Assembly (NCBI GenBank): GCA_041661045.1
Contig: JBAZVE010000001.1
Location: forward strand, 1,020,001 to 1,052,000
Direction of reading: 5' to 3'
Origin: Candidatus Saccharimonadota bacterium
GTDB lineage: Bacteria > Patescibacteriota > Gracilibacteria > UBA1369 > 2-02-FULL-48-14
DNA: 32,000 bases
In this document: piece after piece, positions 9,356-18,470 of the stretch
How the letters are laid out: every line of letters starts with the position of its first letter
How positions within the stretch are numbered: the stretch's first letter is position 1
Made by a program: the position numbers and the translations under genes
Notes under the pieces: generated by a model
Database searches by the model: none
What the model saw: the letters and a program-made list of their open reading frames with translations, nothing else
Told to the model about the DNA's origin: nothing

Positions 9356-9652
9356 ATGGGGATTGAAACTAAAGATCTTCTGACTGTCGACACTAGTGGT
9401 GCGTCTGCTGAGGACTTGAGTCGTTTGGTCGCTTGTTTTGGGCCTGCAGTGGAAGAGGGATTGCCACGAACTTTGGCGATCGTAAACCTCAAAGTTTTGC
9501 AAGTGACCGATACAGGAGAAGAGGGTGCTCCTTCTGTTAGTCCCCGGACATTTATGAATCTTGTCGTTTCCTTCCCAGGTGAGCAGACCGTGACCGCTCC
9601 TTTTGATGCAGAGCGTTTAGCGGCTTTGCAATTATCATTGCCATCCAGCTAA
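9356..9652 (+). CDS. Small hypothetical protein (98 aa), uncertain
   Basis: It is the only sizeable ORF in the 466-nt gap between glmS and the peptidase gene, with non-repetitive protein-like composition. Its last 18 nt overlap the convergent peptidase gene. A possible TTGACA(9290..9295)-17-TAAGTT(9313..9318) lies upstream. No family recognised. Confidence 0.35.
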   Translation: MGIETKDLLTVDTSGASAEDLSRLVACFGPAVEEGLPRTLAIVNLKVLQVTDTGEEGAPSVSPRTFMNLVVSFPGEQTVTAPFDAERLAALQLSLPSS

Positions 9653-10648
9653 CTTTTCGAACTTGGTGAAGTTCTCATATCCTGTTTTGGTAACTCTTCC
9701 CATGTCTTCGATGCGGACGCCGAAGCGGCCGGGGAGGTAGATGCCGGGTTCCACGGTGACGATCTCATTCTCCTTTAGGATGTCTTTGCTGCGGGAGCTG
9801 AGGCCGGGGGATTCGTGCACATCTAGGCCAATGCCGTGGCCTAGGGAGTGGCCGAAAAATTCCGCGTCGGAGCCCATGGATGTGCGGGCGATTTTGTCGA
9901 GATCGGCGCATTTCACGCCGGCTTTTAGAGCCTTGATGGCCTCCATTTGCGCGTCGAGCACCTTAAAATAAACGGTTTCCTGCTCAAGCGTGGGCGTTTT
10001 GGTGAAAAATGTTCGAGTCATGTCGCTGCAGTAACCCTTGTACTTCATTCCCATATCCACCAGCACCATGTCGCCCATTTTGAGTTTCTTGTTGGTGTTT
10101 TGATGATGAGGGGTGGCGCTGTTGGGCCCAAAGGCAATGATGGGTTCAAAGGAAATGTCGTCTGCGCCCAGATCATGGCCAATGGTTTTGATGCGCCAGG
10201 CGAGTTCTTGTTCCGTCACACCATTTTTGAATAACTTTATTATTCGCTTAAGTGTTTCCTCGTTTATCTCTTGCGACTTTTTGAGGTTTTTAATTTCCTC
10301 CTTGTTTTTGATGAGACGGAGCGTTTCGATGGGAGTTTTGATGGGGGTAAACTTCACTCCTTTGAGGCGTTTTTTCCAGTTTTGCAGCTCTTGCACCGTG
10401 AGATGATTGGCTTCAAATTCCAGGGTTTTACCGGCCAGTTTTTTGAGAGTTTTTTCAAAGTCTTTATTCAGCTCTATGAACTGGAAGGGAATCCTGGTTT
10501 TGGATTTTTCCAGGGCTTCCGCAAAGCCGCGATAACGAAAATCCGTGAAGAAAACATTCTTCCGTGGGCCGAGCAGCATGAACCCGTAGGTCCCCGTGAA
10601 GCTGATGAGGTACTGAAGATTGGTGAGATGGGTGATGAGTTTTGACAT
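9635..10648 (-). CDS. M24B family Xaa-Pro peptidase (aminopeptidase P / prolidase-like)
   Basis: Pita-bread metal-site motifs are present: VLVDMGMKYKGYCSDMTRT, HSLGHGIGLDVHE, VTVEPGIY and RIED. Start moved from 10753 to ATG 10648 (MSKLITHLTNLQYL...) because the upstream 35 codons look like non-coding read-through. Confidence 0.88.
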   Translation of the reverse strand: MSKLITHLTNLQYLISFTGTYGFMLLGPRKNVFFTDFRYRGFAEALEKSKTRIPFQFIELNKDFEKTLKKLAGKTLEFEANHLTVQELQNWKKRLKGVKFTPIKTPIETLRLIKNKEEIKNLKKSQEINEETLKRIIKLFKNGVTEQELAWRIKTIGHDLGADDISFEPIIAFGPNSATPHHQNTNKKLKMGDMVLVDMGMKYKGYCSDMTRTFFTKTPTLEQETVYFKVLDAQMEAIKALKAGVKCADLDKIARTSMGSDAEFFGHSLGHGIGLDVHESPGLSSRSKDILKENEIVTVEPGIYLPGRFGVRIEDMGRVTKTGYENFTKFEKLAGWQ

Positions 10649-10731
10649 GATTGTATTGATTTTACTCCACCATTTTAGTTCAGTTCTGGTGTGAGAAGAT
10701 AGAGATATTACTTCCCATATTCCTTGTGAAA

Positions 10732-10740
10732 TGTTATGAT
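10732..10740 (+). promoter_or_regulatory. Candidate extended -10 promoter (TGtTATGAT) for the receiver-domain gene
   Basis: tgttatgat at 10732..10740, 18 nt upstream of ATG 10759. Confidence 0.35.
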
Positions 10741-10758
10741 TCGTCCTAACCACTAAAA

Positions 10759-11205
10759 ATGGAACTTAGTAAAGGTGTTCTTTTGATTGATGATGAGCCG
10801 AGGTTTCGTGATGGAGTAGCTGAACTTTTAAGCCCGGTGCTACCCTCGCCGTGGTTCTTCTTGGCTCCGGAAACTTTGAAAGAAGCTTTGGAGGTTGTGA
10901 TACAGCCTCAGATAGTTTTGGCATTGGTGGATCACACTTTGAGTAGTCATGGTTATCAAGAGCTTCAATCCGGATCGATGAATCCTGGAAACATCCGTGG
11001 CTTTGAGGTTTGTAAGCGGATACTGGCTGTTCGCACGGATCTTCCAATCGTGGCCTTTTCGAAAGGCAATAATGGAACTATGCGGACACTTTCGACTTTT
11101 CACTTCGATAGAAAACAACATCTGTTGGATCAAGAGGTGAAAGAGGTGAGGGCTGAGTTCGTAAACTTTATGCTTACTCTAATAGGTGGGCTAAGCCCTC
11201 TGTAA
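10759..11205 (+). CDS. Stand-alone response-regulator receiver (CheY-like) domain protein
   Basis: 148 aa. GVLLIDDEP supplies the acidic pair, LALVDHTL a candidate phospho-acceptor Asp, and PIVAFSKGN the conserved S/T position. There is no output domain and no adjacent histidine kinase. Confidence 0.6.
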   Translation: MELSKGVLLIDDEPRFRDGVAELLSPVLPSPWFFLAPETLKEALEVVIQPQIVLALVDHTLSSHGYQELQSGSMNPGNIRGFEVCKRILAVRTDLPIVAFSKGNNGTMRTLSTFHFDRKQHLLDQEVKEVRAEFVNFMLTLIGGLSPL

Positions 11206-11754
11206 AAAGACACGAATGAGGGCCTCGGTATCGAGGTCCTCTTTGATTTCGGAGAGGACTTTTTGGATGTGGTGGCGCTTGTAGCCCAGGTTTTCGAGGG
11301 CGGAGATCACATCGGGATGGACTTCGGTGCTTGGAGTGCTGTTCACGGCGGCGTTTAAATCGGTGGGAGTAATTTTGCCTTTGAGTTCCAGCACCATGCG
11401 TTCCGCGATCTTTTTTCCGATGCCCGGGATGCCGGTGAGGGCGGCCAGATTGCCGCTGAAGATGGCGTTTTGGATTTTTTCCACGGGTTCGCAACAAATA
11501 TCCATGGCACTTTTGGGGCCGATTCCGTTTATGGTTAGTAGTAATTCAAAAAAGCTGAGCTCATTTTTTGTTCGAAATCCATAAAGGGTGAAGGCGTCTT
11601 CACGAATGTGGCTGTGGATGAAGAGTTCGACTTCATCTTTTCCTTCGTCCAAAACGCTTTTGGGCACCCAAATGTGGTAGCCCACGCCATTTACGAGCAA
11701 AATAATTGTTCGTTCATCGTGATCAAAGACTTGTCCCTTCAGGTAACGGATCAT
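11191..11754 (-). CDS. ruvA: Holliday junction branch migration complex DNA-binding subunit RuvA
   Basis: MIRYLKGQV...VNGVGYHIWVP is an OB-fold N-terminus. Two helix-hairpin-helix motifs are present (LLTINGIGPKSA, LTGIPGIGKKIAERM). Length 187 aa. Confidence 0.92.
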   Translation of the reverse strand: MIRYLKGQVFDHDERTIILLVNGVGYHIWVPKSVLDEGKDEVELFIHSHIREDAFTLYGFRTKNELSFFELLLTINGIGPKSAMDICCEPVEKIQNAIFSGNLAALTGIPGIGKKIAERMVLELKGKITPTDLNAAVNSTPSTEVHPDVISALENLGYKRHHIQKVLSEIKEDLDTEALIRVFLQRA

Positions 11755-12865
11755 GGGTGGAGAGGAAAGAGGCGAGGAAGCTTTTTTTAAAGTGTAAAAA
11801 GTCTCCTGCAGCGATATGATAGCGAATTTGTTTCATAAGGTGAAACAGAAATGCAATGTTGTGCATAGAGAGCAGACGCATGCCCAAGAGTTCATTCTCC
11901 ACCATCAGATGGCGGAGGTAGCTTTTGGAAAATTCTTGGCTGGCGTGGCACGGTATTTCCGGGCAGAGTGGGCTTTCCTCAAACTTGTATTTTTCGTTAA
12001 AAATGCTGTGTCGGCCGGTGAAATCCCAAAAAGCTCCGTGGCGGGCGAGCCGGGTGGCGAGCACACAGTCAAACATATCGATTCCACGGCTCACGGCTTC
12101 CAAGATATCATCCGGTGTACCCACGCCCATAAGGTAACGGGGCTTGTTCTCTGGCAGGTGAGGGATGGCCCAGTCTATTGCACTAAATTTTTGTTCAAAG
12201 CTCTCTCCCACGCTCACACCGCCGATGGCGATACCAGGCGTACCCAGATTGGCGATGAATTTTGCGGACTCCTCCCGTAAGTTTTTATAATGACTCCCCT
12301 GCACAATGGGAAAAAGGGCTTGATCCTCACGGGTTTTGGCCGCCAAACAGCGCACTGCCCAAGCATGAGTGCGTTCCATGGCTGTGCGGGCGTAGGCTTC
12401 GGTAGCGGTGCCCGGCGCACATTCGTCAAAAGCCATGATGATGTCGGCGCCCAGTTCTTCTTGAATTTGAATGGCCCGTTCCGGAGAAAAGAAATGTTTG
12501 GTTCCGTCCAAATGGGACTGGAATTCCACGCCGTCATCCGTGATTTTGCTGCTGTCCCGCAAAGAAAAGACCTGAAAGCCTCCCGAATCGGTGAGGATCG
12601 GCTTGTTCCAATTCATCCACTTGTGGAGGCCGCCCATCTTTTTGACGAGCTCGGAACCCGGGCGCATGGCCAGATGGTAGGTGTTGGCCAAAATGATTTC
12701 ACTTCCCAAATTCTCCAAATCTTTGGTATCCAAAGACTTCACCGTGGCTTTGGTGCCCACCGGCATGAAAACAGGGGTTTGAATGGCTCCGTGCGGTGTA
12801 CTCAAAACACCCAAACGAGCTTGGCACTCGCCGGACTTCTGCTCCAGAGTGAATTCAAAAGCCAT
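11723..12865 (-). CDS. tgt: Queuine tRNA-ribosyltransferase (tRNA-guanine transglycosylase)
   Basis: 380 aa with TPVFMPVGT, LTDSGGFQ, LFPIVQG, YLMGVGTPDD and SMHNIAF motifs. Its 3' end overlaps the ruvA start by 32 nt. Confidence 0.93.
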   Translation of the reverse strand: MAFEFTLEQKSGECQARLGVLSTPHGAIQTPVFMPVGTKATVKSLDTKDLENLGSEIILANTYHLAMRPGSELVKKMGGLHKWMNWNKPILTDSGGFQVFSLRDSSKITDDGVEFQSHLDGTKHFFSPERAIQIQEELGADIIMAFDECAPGTATEAYARTAMERTHAWAVRCLAAKTREDQALFPIVQGSHYKNLREESAKFIANLGTPGIAIGGVSVGESFEQKFSAIDWAIPHLPENKPRYLMGVGTPDDILEAVSRGIDMFDCVLATRLARHGAFWDFTGRHSIFNEKYKFEESPLCPEIPCHASQEFSKSYLRHLMVENELLGMRLLSMHNIAFLFHLMKQIRYHIAAGDFLHFKKSFLASFLSTHDPLPEGTSL

Positions 12866-12871
12866 AACAAT

Positions 12872-13243
12872 TTACGCTTCGAGGGAGACTTCAGCAGAGG
12901 CCGCTTTTTTTGCTTCTTTCGCTTCCTTGGCTTTTTCTTCCTTAGCCTTCTCTTTCAAGATTTGAGCGGAAAGCTCTTCATTCACCTTATCTTCCAAAGT
13001 TTTCTTCTTTCGTACTTTTTTATCGCGAGCTACGGTTGAAGCACCTGCCATTTTTTGACGGAATTTATCTACGCGACCTTCGGTGTCGATGAGCACCTTC
13101 TTACCGGTGTAAAAAGGGTGACACTGGCTGCAGATTTCCACGCGGATTCCTTCTTTGGTGGATCCAATATTGAAATCGTGCCCACAGTTTGCGCACTTGA
13201 CGGTGGCTCCTGGGAAGTACTGAGGGTGAATGTCTGTTTTCAT
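12872..13243 (-). CDS. rpmE: 50S ribosomal protein L31 (Zn-ribbon type) with long Lys/Glu/Ala-rich C-terminal extension
   Basis: [10 protein letters not shown]...CANCGH...[11 protein letters not shown] is the L31 core with both CxxC pairs. A ~55-aa tail follows ([13 protein letters not shown]...[20 protein letters not shown]). Confidence 0.9.
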   Translation of the reverse strand: MKTDIHPQYFPGATVKCANCGHDFNIGSTKEGIRVEICSQCHPFYTGKKVLIDTEGRVDKFRQKMAGASTVARDKKVRKKKTLEDKVNEELSAQILKEKAKEEKAKEAKEAKKAASAEVSLEA

Positions 13244-14523
13244 GGTTTTTTCTTAGTTTTAACAGGTTTGCTTCTGCTCTTGGCTGATAAAGCCCGCCGA
13301 TTATAGCGATAGATGATATAGAACGCAAGCAAAACGAGGAATAAGCTGAATCCCAAAGCCTTAACAAGGAAACCGTAATCAAAAACTCGTACGCGTATTT
13401 CCATGGAATCAGATTGGCCTTTATCATCGGTGACCGTGAGCGTTGCAATTTGTAAACCGGTGGTGTCGAAACTTCGTGTTACTTGAGCCCCTTCCACTTG
13501 TTCTTCGCCAAATTGCCATACGAATTTCACTATCTGTCCATCATCTTGTGAAGCAGAGGCGTCAAAGTTGATTTCTTCTCCCAAACTGGCAATGATCACG
13601 GATTGATTCACTTGCGCGATTGGGGAGGGGTCGGAGGGGTCTGGATCTTCTTCGTTGCTCATTTCATCTCCATCAATATCTGAGTCCGTGTTGTCTCCCG
13701 TGCCGTCACCATCGGCATCAAACCATTCGCTTGCATCCGTGGGGAAGGGATCTTCTCCGTCATTTTTACCATCGCCATCTGTATCTGGATTGACTGGATT
13801 CGTATTTTGATTGGGCTCTTGATTGTTGAGCACGCCATCTCCATCTAGGTCTTCATCGGTTTCATCAGGAAGGCCGTCCCCGTCTTGGTCTTTGGTGTAC
13901 CTGGAATCTTCCGGCATTTGATCTTGTAGATCGGGAGTCCCGTCATTGTCGTCATCGGTATCCTTGTTGTTGCCCTGGCCGTCCCCATCCGTGTCTTTGG
14001 ACTCCGAGGAACTGATTGGGAAGGCATCTTCTTCATTGTTTACGCCATCTCCGTCTTTATCGGGATCGGTGGCATTGGGGATTCCATCGTGATCGGTGTC
14101 TTGTTGAACGGTGACTGTCTTTTGAATGGTGTTGTTGCCGGGGTTGTCGGAAGTGCCATCCCATGGAATCACCGTGACCGTGACCGTGTAGTCCCCGTAA
14201 CTGGGAGGAATCCAATCCACAAAAACCTCATCGGTTTTTCCGGCAAGGGCGGAAATGGGTTGATCGCTTCCAATGATGCCATCTTTGCTCGTGAAACGAA
14301 CGGTTCCCAACAGATCATTGGGGCTGGCATTTTGTACCGAGGCCCAAATACGGGTGGGAACTCCTTCAAAAAAATAGGAATTGCCAAACCACACGCTGGC
14401 TTCTGAAATCACCAAATCTCCACTCACGGCAAGCGCCGGATGAATGGGGAAAAGGATCAGCACAGAAAGCGAGAGGACGAGCAGGGTTAGACCTGATTTC
14501 GTCCAGGAGAGGAGGTTTTTCAT
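13240..14523 (-). CDS. Surface protein: signal peptide, CARDB-like domain, TSP3-like Asp-rich repeats, PKD domain, C-terminal TM anchor (427 aa)
   Basis: Start moved from 14640 to ATG 14523 ([32 protein letters not shown]); the longer version would overlap gyrA. Asp-rich repeats include [47 protein letters not shown] and [24 protein letters not shown]-like block is present ([23 protein letters not shown]...[11 protein letters not shown]). The end is a TM helix plus basic tail ([19 protein letters not shown]). An ATGA overlap joins it to the rpmE start. Confidence 0.8.
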   Translation of the reverse strand: MKNLLSWTKSGLTLLVLSLSVLILFPIHPALAVSGDLVISEASVWFGNSYFFEGVPTRIWASVQNASPNDLLGTVRFTSKDGIIGSDQPISALAGKTDEVFVDWIPPSYGDYTVTVTVIPWDGTSDNPGNNTIQKTVTVQQDTDHDGIPNATDPDKDGDGVNNEEDAFPISSSESKDTDGDGQGNNKDTDDDNDGTPDLQDQMPEDSRYTKDQDGDGLPDETDEDLDGDGVLNNQEPNQNTNPVNPDTDGDGKNDGEDPFPTDASEWFDADGDGTGDNTDSDIDGDEMSNEEDPDPSDPSPIAQVNQSVIIASLGEEINFDASASQDDGQIVKFVWQFGEEQVEGAQVTRSFDTTGLQIATLTVTDDKGQSDSMEIRVRVFDYGFLVKALGFSLFLVLLAFYIIYRYNRRALSAKSRSKPVKTKKKP

Positions 14524-14533
14524 AAATGGCGGT

Positions 14534-17185
14534 TTATGAGATAAGCGTGGCTTGTTCCTCTGTTTCCACTTCCTCTGCGTCTCCCTGATTTTCCGGGATC
14601 TCGCTTTGAGCAATGAAAGACATGGAGGCAACTTTATCATCCCCCTTCACACGCATTAGGTAAACCCCTTGTGTGGCACGGCCTCGGCTGGGGACGCTGT
14701 CCAAATTGGTTCGAATCATCACGCCTTTTTTGGAAACAATCATGATGTCGCCCACGGTCTCGGGTTCCAAAACCTTGGCTCCCACGAGTTTTCCGGTCTT
14801 ACTGGTGAGGTTTGCGGTTTTCACTCCACTTCCTCCACGCGTTTGGAAGCGGTACTCCTCGATTGGAGTGCGTTTTCCAAGTCCGTTTTCCATCACCACA
14901 AAGAGATCGGCATTGGCGGATTTTACGGTATCCATTTCCACCACTTCATCTTCGGCGCGCAGTTTGATTCCGCGAACTCCCATGGAAGCTCGACCCATTG
15001 GTCTTACATCTTCTTGATCGAATTGAATGCATTTTCCTTCGTAAGTCACAATCATGATGTGATCCCCCGTGCTGGTTTGTTTCACCCAAGAGAGGGAATC
15101 ATCTTCTCGCAGTTTGATGGCAATGAGTCCGGATTTTCGTACTGCCTTAAACTCAGCGACGGCTGTTTTCTTAACGGTTCCTTTTTTGGTCGCCATAAAG
15201 AGATAGTCACCCCCGAATTCTTCGTTGGTCACCACGAGCATGGCCGTTACGAACTCTTCTTTGGTGAGTTGGATTAGGTTGATGAGAGGAATCCCTTTGG
15301 CCTGTCGGCTGGCCTGAGGCAATTCGTACACGGGGAGTTGGAATACGCGACCGGTATTTGTGAAGAAAAGCAATTTATCGTGATTCTTGGCAAAACGCAT
15401 GATTTCGATTTCATCTTCTTCTTTGGTGCTCATGGCCACTTTGCCCTGACCTCCGCGTTCTTGGCGGCGGAAAGCGGTGGGGGGAACGCGTTTTACATAA
15501 TTTTCCTTGGTGAGCGTGACCACCATTTCCTCGTTGGGGATGGTGTCTTTTACAGAGAAATCGCCCAAAGCATGGGGCACAATCTCTGTACGCCGTGCGT
15601 CGCCGTAAGCTTCTTTGATTTCCTCGAACTCTTTGACCATAATCTTCTCCACTTTCTTGGTGTCGGCCAAAATGCCTTCCAGTTCTTCGATGAGGGCCAT
15701 TTTCTCCTTGAGTTCGTCTTCAATTTTGCTGCGTTCCAGTCCGGCGAGCGTTTGGAGACGCATTTCCAAAATGGCTTGAGATTGGAGATCGCTCAAATTG
15801 AATTTCTTCATGAGGGCGTCGTGCGCTTCTTCTTTGGTTTCACTCTTACGAATGGTGTCGATGACGGCATCAATATTGTCGAGCGCGATTTTGAGACCTT
15901 CCAGAATGTGAGCGCGGGCTTTGGCGATTTTGAGTTCGTAAACGGTTCGTCTCGTGATGACTTCCTTGCGGTGCTTGATGAAGTATTCCAGCACTTCCTT
16001 TAGATTGAGTAGACGAGGGAGGAGTCCATCCACCAAGGCAATCATATTCATATTGAAATTCGACTGCATGGTTGTGTACTTGTAGAGCTGATTGAGGATT
16101 TTGCTTGGGTAGGAATCCTTTTTGAGTTCGATGACGATTCTCATTCCCTCTCGATTGGATTCATCCCGAAGGTCGGAAATACCCACGATCTTTTTATCGG
16201 TCACCAATTCGGCTATTTTTTCAACCAAGGTGGCCTTGTTGATTTGATAGGGGATTTCGGTCACGATGATGCGATGACGGCCATTTTTCTCCTCTTGAAT
16301 TTCAGCTTTTGCGCGAACGGTGATTCCGCCGCGACCGGTGGTGTACATTTCTTTGATTGCTTCGCGGCCGTAAGCCGTGGCTCCGGTGGGGAAGTCGGGT
16401 CCTTTGATGAATTCCATGAGCCCGTCGATGTCGATTTCTGGATTTTTAGCGAGCGCAATGAGGGCTTCCATCACTTCCGTGAGGTTGTGAGGAGGAATAT
16501 TGGTGGCCATACCCACGGCAATACCCATGGTTCCGTTGAGCAGCAATTGAGGAATTCGAGTCGGGAGCACGCGGGGTTCACTGTGTCGTCCATCGTAGTT
16601 TGGAATAAAGTCCACGGTCTCTTTTTCGATGTCGGCCAACATTTCATCTGAAATCTTCTCCATCTTGGACTCGGTGTAACGCATGGCCGCGGCATTGTCT
16701 CCGTCGATGGATCCAAAGTTTCCCTGACCTCGAATCAATGGATAGCGCAGTGAAAAATCTTGGGCCATACGGACCATGGAATCGTAAACCGCTTGATCTC
16801 CATGAGGATGGTATTTGGCCAAAACTTCTCCCACCACAGCGGCTGATTTTCGGAATCCGGCACTGGACCGTAATCCGATTTCTTGCATCGCAAACAAAAT
16901 ACGGCGGTGCACCGGTTTCATACCGTCTCGAACATCGGGAAGCGCACGAGAAACAATGACGCTCATGGCGTAATCCAGGTAGCTTTCCTCCATTTCATCC
17001 ACCACATTGCGAGCCGTGATTTTTCCTTGCGCAAAAAGCTCAGTGGAAGGCTCGGGTTCCGCCGCCAAATGTGCCGCCGTTTCTTTAGCATCTTCTTCAC
17101 TTTCCACTTCTTCGGATTCTTCGGGCTGCTCTTTGGGGTCTTCGTCCTCGGGGTTTAGGTTTTCTTCAATTTTCTTTTTAGCCAT
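14534..17185 (-). CDS. gyrA: DNA gyrase subunit A
   Basis: 883 aa with [34 protein letters not shown] (catalytic Tyr), a GyrA-box-like QERGGQGKV, and C-terminal beta-pinwheel repeats. Confidence 0.95.
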   Translation of the reverse strand: MAKKKIEENLNPEDEDPKEQPEESEEVESEEDAKETAAHLAAEPEPSTELFAQGKITARNVVDEMEESYLDYAMSVIVSRALPDVRDGMKPVHRRILFAMQEIGLRSSAGFRKSAAVVGEVLAKYHPHGDQAVYDSMVRMAQDFSLRYPLIRGQGNFGSIDGDNAAAMRYTESKMEKISDEMLADIEKETVDFIPNYDGRHSEPRVLPTRIPQLLLNGTMGIAVGMATNIPPHNLTEVMEALIALAKNPEIDIDGLMEFIKGPDFPTGATAYGREAIKEMYTTGRGGITVRAKAEIQEEKNGRHRIIVTEIPYQINKATLVEKIAELVTDKKIVGISDLRDESNREGMRIVIELKKDSYPSKILNQLYKYTTMQSNFNMNMIALVDGLLPRLLNLKEVLEYFIKHRKEVITRRTVYELKIAKARAHILEGLKIALDNIDAVIDTIRKSETKEEAHDALMKKFNLSDLQSQAILEMRLQTLAGLERSKIEDELKEKMALIEELEGILADTKKVEKIMVKEFEEIKEAYGDARRTEIVPHALGDFSVKDTIPNEEMVVTLTKENYVKRVPPTAFRRQERGGQGKVAMSTKEEDEIEIMRFAKNHDKLLFFTNTGRVFQLPVYELPQASRQAKGIPLINLIQLTKEEFVTAMLVVTNEEFGGDYLFMATKKGTVKKTAVAEFKAVRKSGLIAIKLREDDSLSWVKQTSTGDHIMIVTYEGKCIQFDQEDVRPMGRASMGVRGIKLRAEDEVVEMDTVKSANADLFVVMENGLGKRTPIEEYRFQTRGGSGVKTANLTSKTGKLVGAKVLEPETVGDIMIVSKKGVMIRTNLDSVPSRGRATQGVYLMRVKGDDKVASMSFIAQSEIPENQGDAEEVETEEQATLIS

Positions 17186-17210
17186 AGAAATTTAAAAAGG
17201 AATCGCGCGT

Positions 17211-17219
17211 AGTTTATCA
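17211..17219 (-). promoter_or_regulatory. Candidate extended -10 promoter (TGaTAAACT) for the gyrA operon
   Basis: The reverse complement of 17211..17219 is tgataaact, 25 nt upstream of ATG 17185. Confidence 0.3.
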
Positions 17220-17248
17220 CAGCTCTTTGGAAGGTGGACTATAAGGAC

Positions 17249-17276
17249 TTGACATCTCGTGCTTTTTGTTTATTAT
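17249..17276 (+). promoter_or_regulatory. Candidate sigma70-type promoter for the 17324 gene
   Basis: TTGACA (17249..17254), a 16-nt spacer, then TATTAT (17271..17276), 47 nt upstream of ATG 17324. Its position inside the track's longer ORF (17234) argues for the downstream start. Confidence 0.45.
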
Positions 17277-17323
17277 TTGGACTTGATTTTGTCCGGTGTA
17301 TTTATTTCTATATTCTAAAATCT

Positions 17324-18418
17324 ATGGGTTCCGATCACATGGATCATGCAAGAATGGAGGTTGACGAGCGTGCTTTAAATGAAGTGGATACGCTTCGCGT
17401 TTCAATGGCAAAAAACAAGTTAATGAGTCTACTTCATGGCTTGTTTTTACCGGATCAGCCTGGATCTGCTACTTCTCTGGCACATCCTGTTTATCGCCCC
17501 GAAAACGGTGCCGATGTTGAAGCTCAGCAAATTGAGGAAATGAAAGCTAATATTACCAACTTTTTTACTCGAAAATATGATGCCTTTGCAAATGAGCTTG
17601 AGGGTTCAATTGCTTTGATTCATGAAAAACCAACGGGGCTTCGAGTTGGTCGCGAGCTGACGCATAGAACCTCTTCAATCCTCAGTTTGTTTAAAGGTGC
17701 TTTGGATAGGCAGGCGGAAGATTTGTTTCAGTTGTTTTTGGAAAAATGGAAGACTGAAGGCCCCGTTTCACTTGCCATTAAGCAAGCTGTTTTCACAGAA
17801 ACAGAGCGGCAGGAGTTGAGACAAGCTATAGCTGGAGTTCAGCGATTTTTTGGTTCATATGGTTACTTATCTAGGCTTCCGGCAGAAACTGCAAGTTTTG
17901 CTACACTTACTGAGGAAATAGAATTGCGTGCTTCCATGTTGGCCAATTTGACTGAACGACACGAGAGAATGAGCCATGATCGGAATAGACTTGAAAAACA
18001 AAGAGATAGGTTCGCTGTTGTAGCCGCCTTGGCATCTATTACAGCTTTGTTGTCCTTTGCCTCTCGAACGAATGGAGTGGAAGAAACGCCGACTATTGAT
18101 CTTTCTCAGGAAATGGCCGCTGCGTCTACTGAGCCGGCACTGGTACCTGAGAGTGCACATACTCAAATTTCAACTCAGGAAAGTCATTCCAAAAAGGGTG
18201 TCTGTGATGTTTGGCGAGAATTTACCAGTTTGGCCCAGCTTGAATCAGCTGGATGTATGGTAGCACCAAGACCTTGCCATGATGACTCCGATGGTGCGTC
18301 TGTGGGATGTCTGACCTCGACATACGATTTGCAGTGTTCCACAGCGAACTTGATGGTTACTGAAAGCCTTCCTTCGAATCCTGTTTCTATCCGTTGTACT
18401 CCTTTGGATAAGCGCTAG
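17324..18418 (+). CDS. Hypothetical single-pass membrane protein with helical N-terminal region and Cys-rich C-terminal tail (364 aa)
   Basis: ORF 17234..18418 trimmed to ATG 17324 (MGSDHMDHARMEVDE...). It has long helix-prone, charged segments and one hydrophobic helix (FAVVAALASITALLSFA). The C-terminal ~90 aa carries 7 Cys (VCDVW...GCMVAPRPCHDD...VGCLTSTYDLQCS...IRCTP). No family recognised. Confidence 0.55.
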   Translation: MGSDHMDHARMEVDERALNEVDTLRVSMAKNKLMSLLHGLFLPDQPGSATSLAHPVYRPENGADVEAQQIEEMKANITNFFTRKYDAFANELEGSIALIHEKPTGLRVGRELTHRTSSILSLFKGALDRQAEDLFQLFLEKWKTEGPVSLAIKQAVFTETERQELRQAIAGVQRFFGSYGYLSRLPAETASFATLTEEIELRASMLANLTERHERMSHDRNRLEKQRDRFAVVAALASITALLSFASRTNGVEETPTIDLSQEMAAASTEPALVPESAHTQISTQESHSKKGVCDVWREFTSLAQLESAGCMVAPRPCHDDSDGASVGCLTSTYDLQCSTANLMVTESLPSNPVSIRCTPLDKR

Positions 18419-18470
18419 AGTTTTCAGGGTTCGCCTAAACAGCGCCCGTTGAGCCCATTTTAAAAATAAA

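Noticed and set aside
12290-13039. 249-aa plus-strand ORF spanning tgt and rpmE
   Set aside because: It lies opposite two confidently identified genes and crosses their boundary, so it is a shadow ORF.
14524-14640. Longer 5' start (14640) for the CARDB/TSP3/PKD protein
   Set aside because: It would overlap the gyrA 3' end by 107 nt and place an Arg/Lys-rich non-signal sequence ahead of a perfect signal peptide that begins at ATG 14523.
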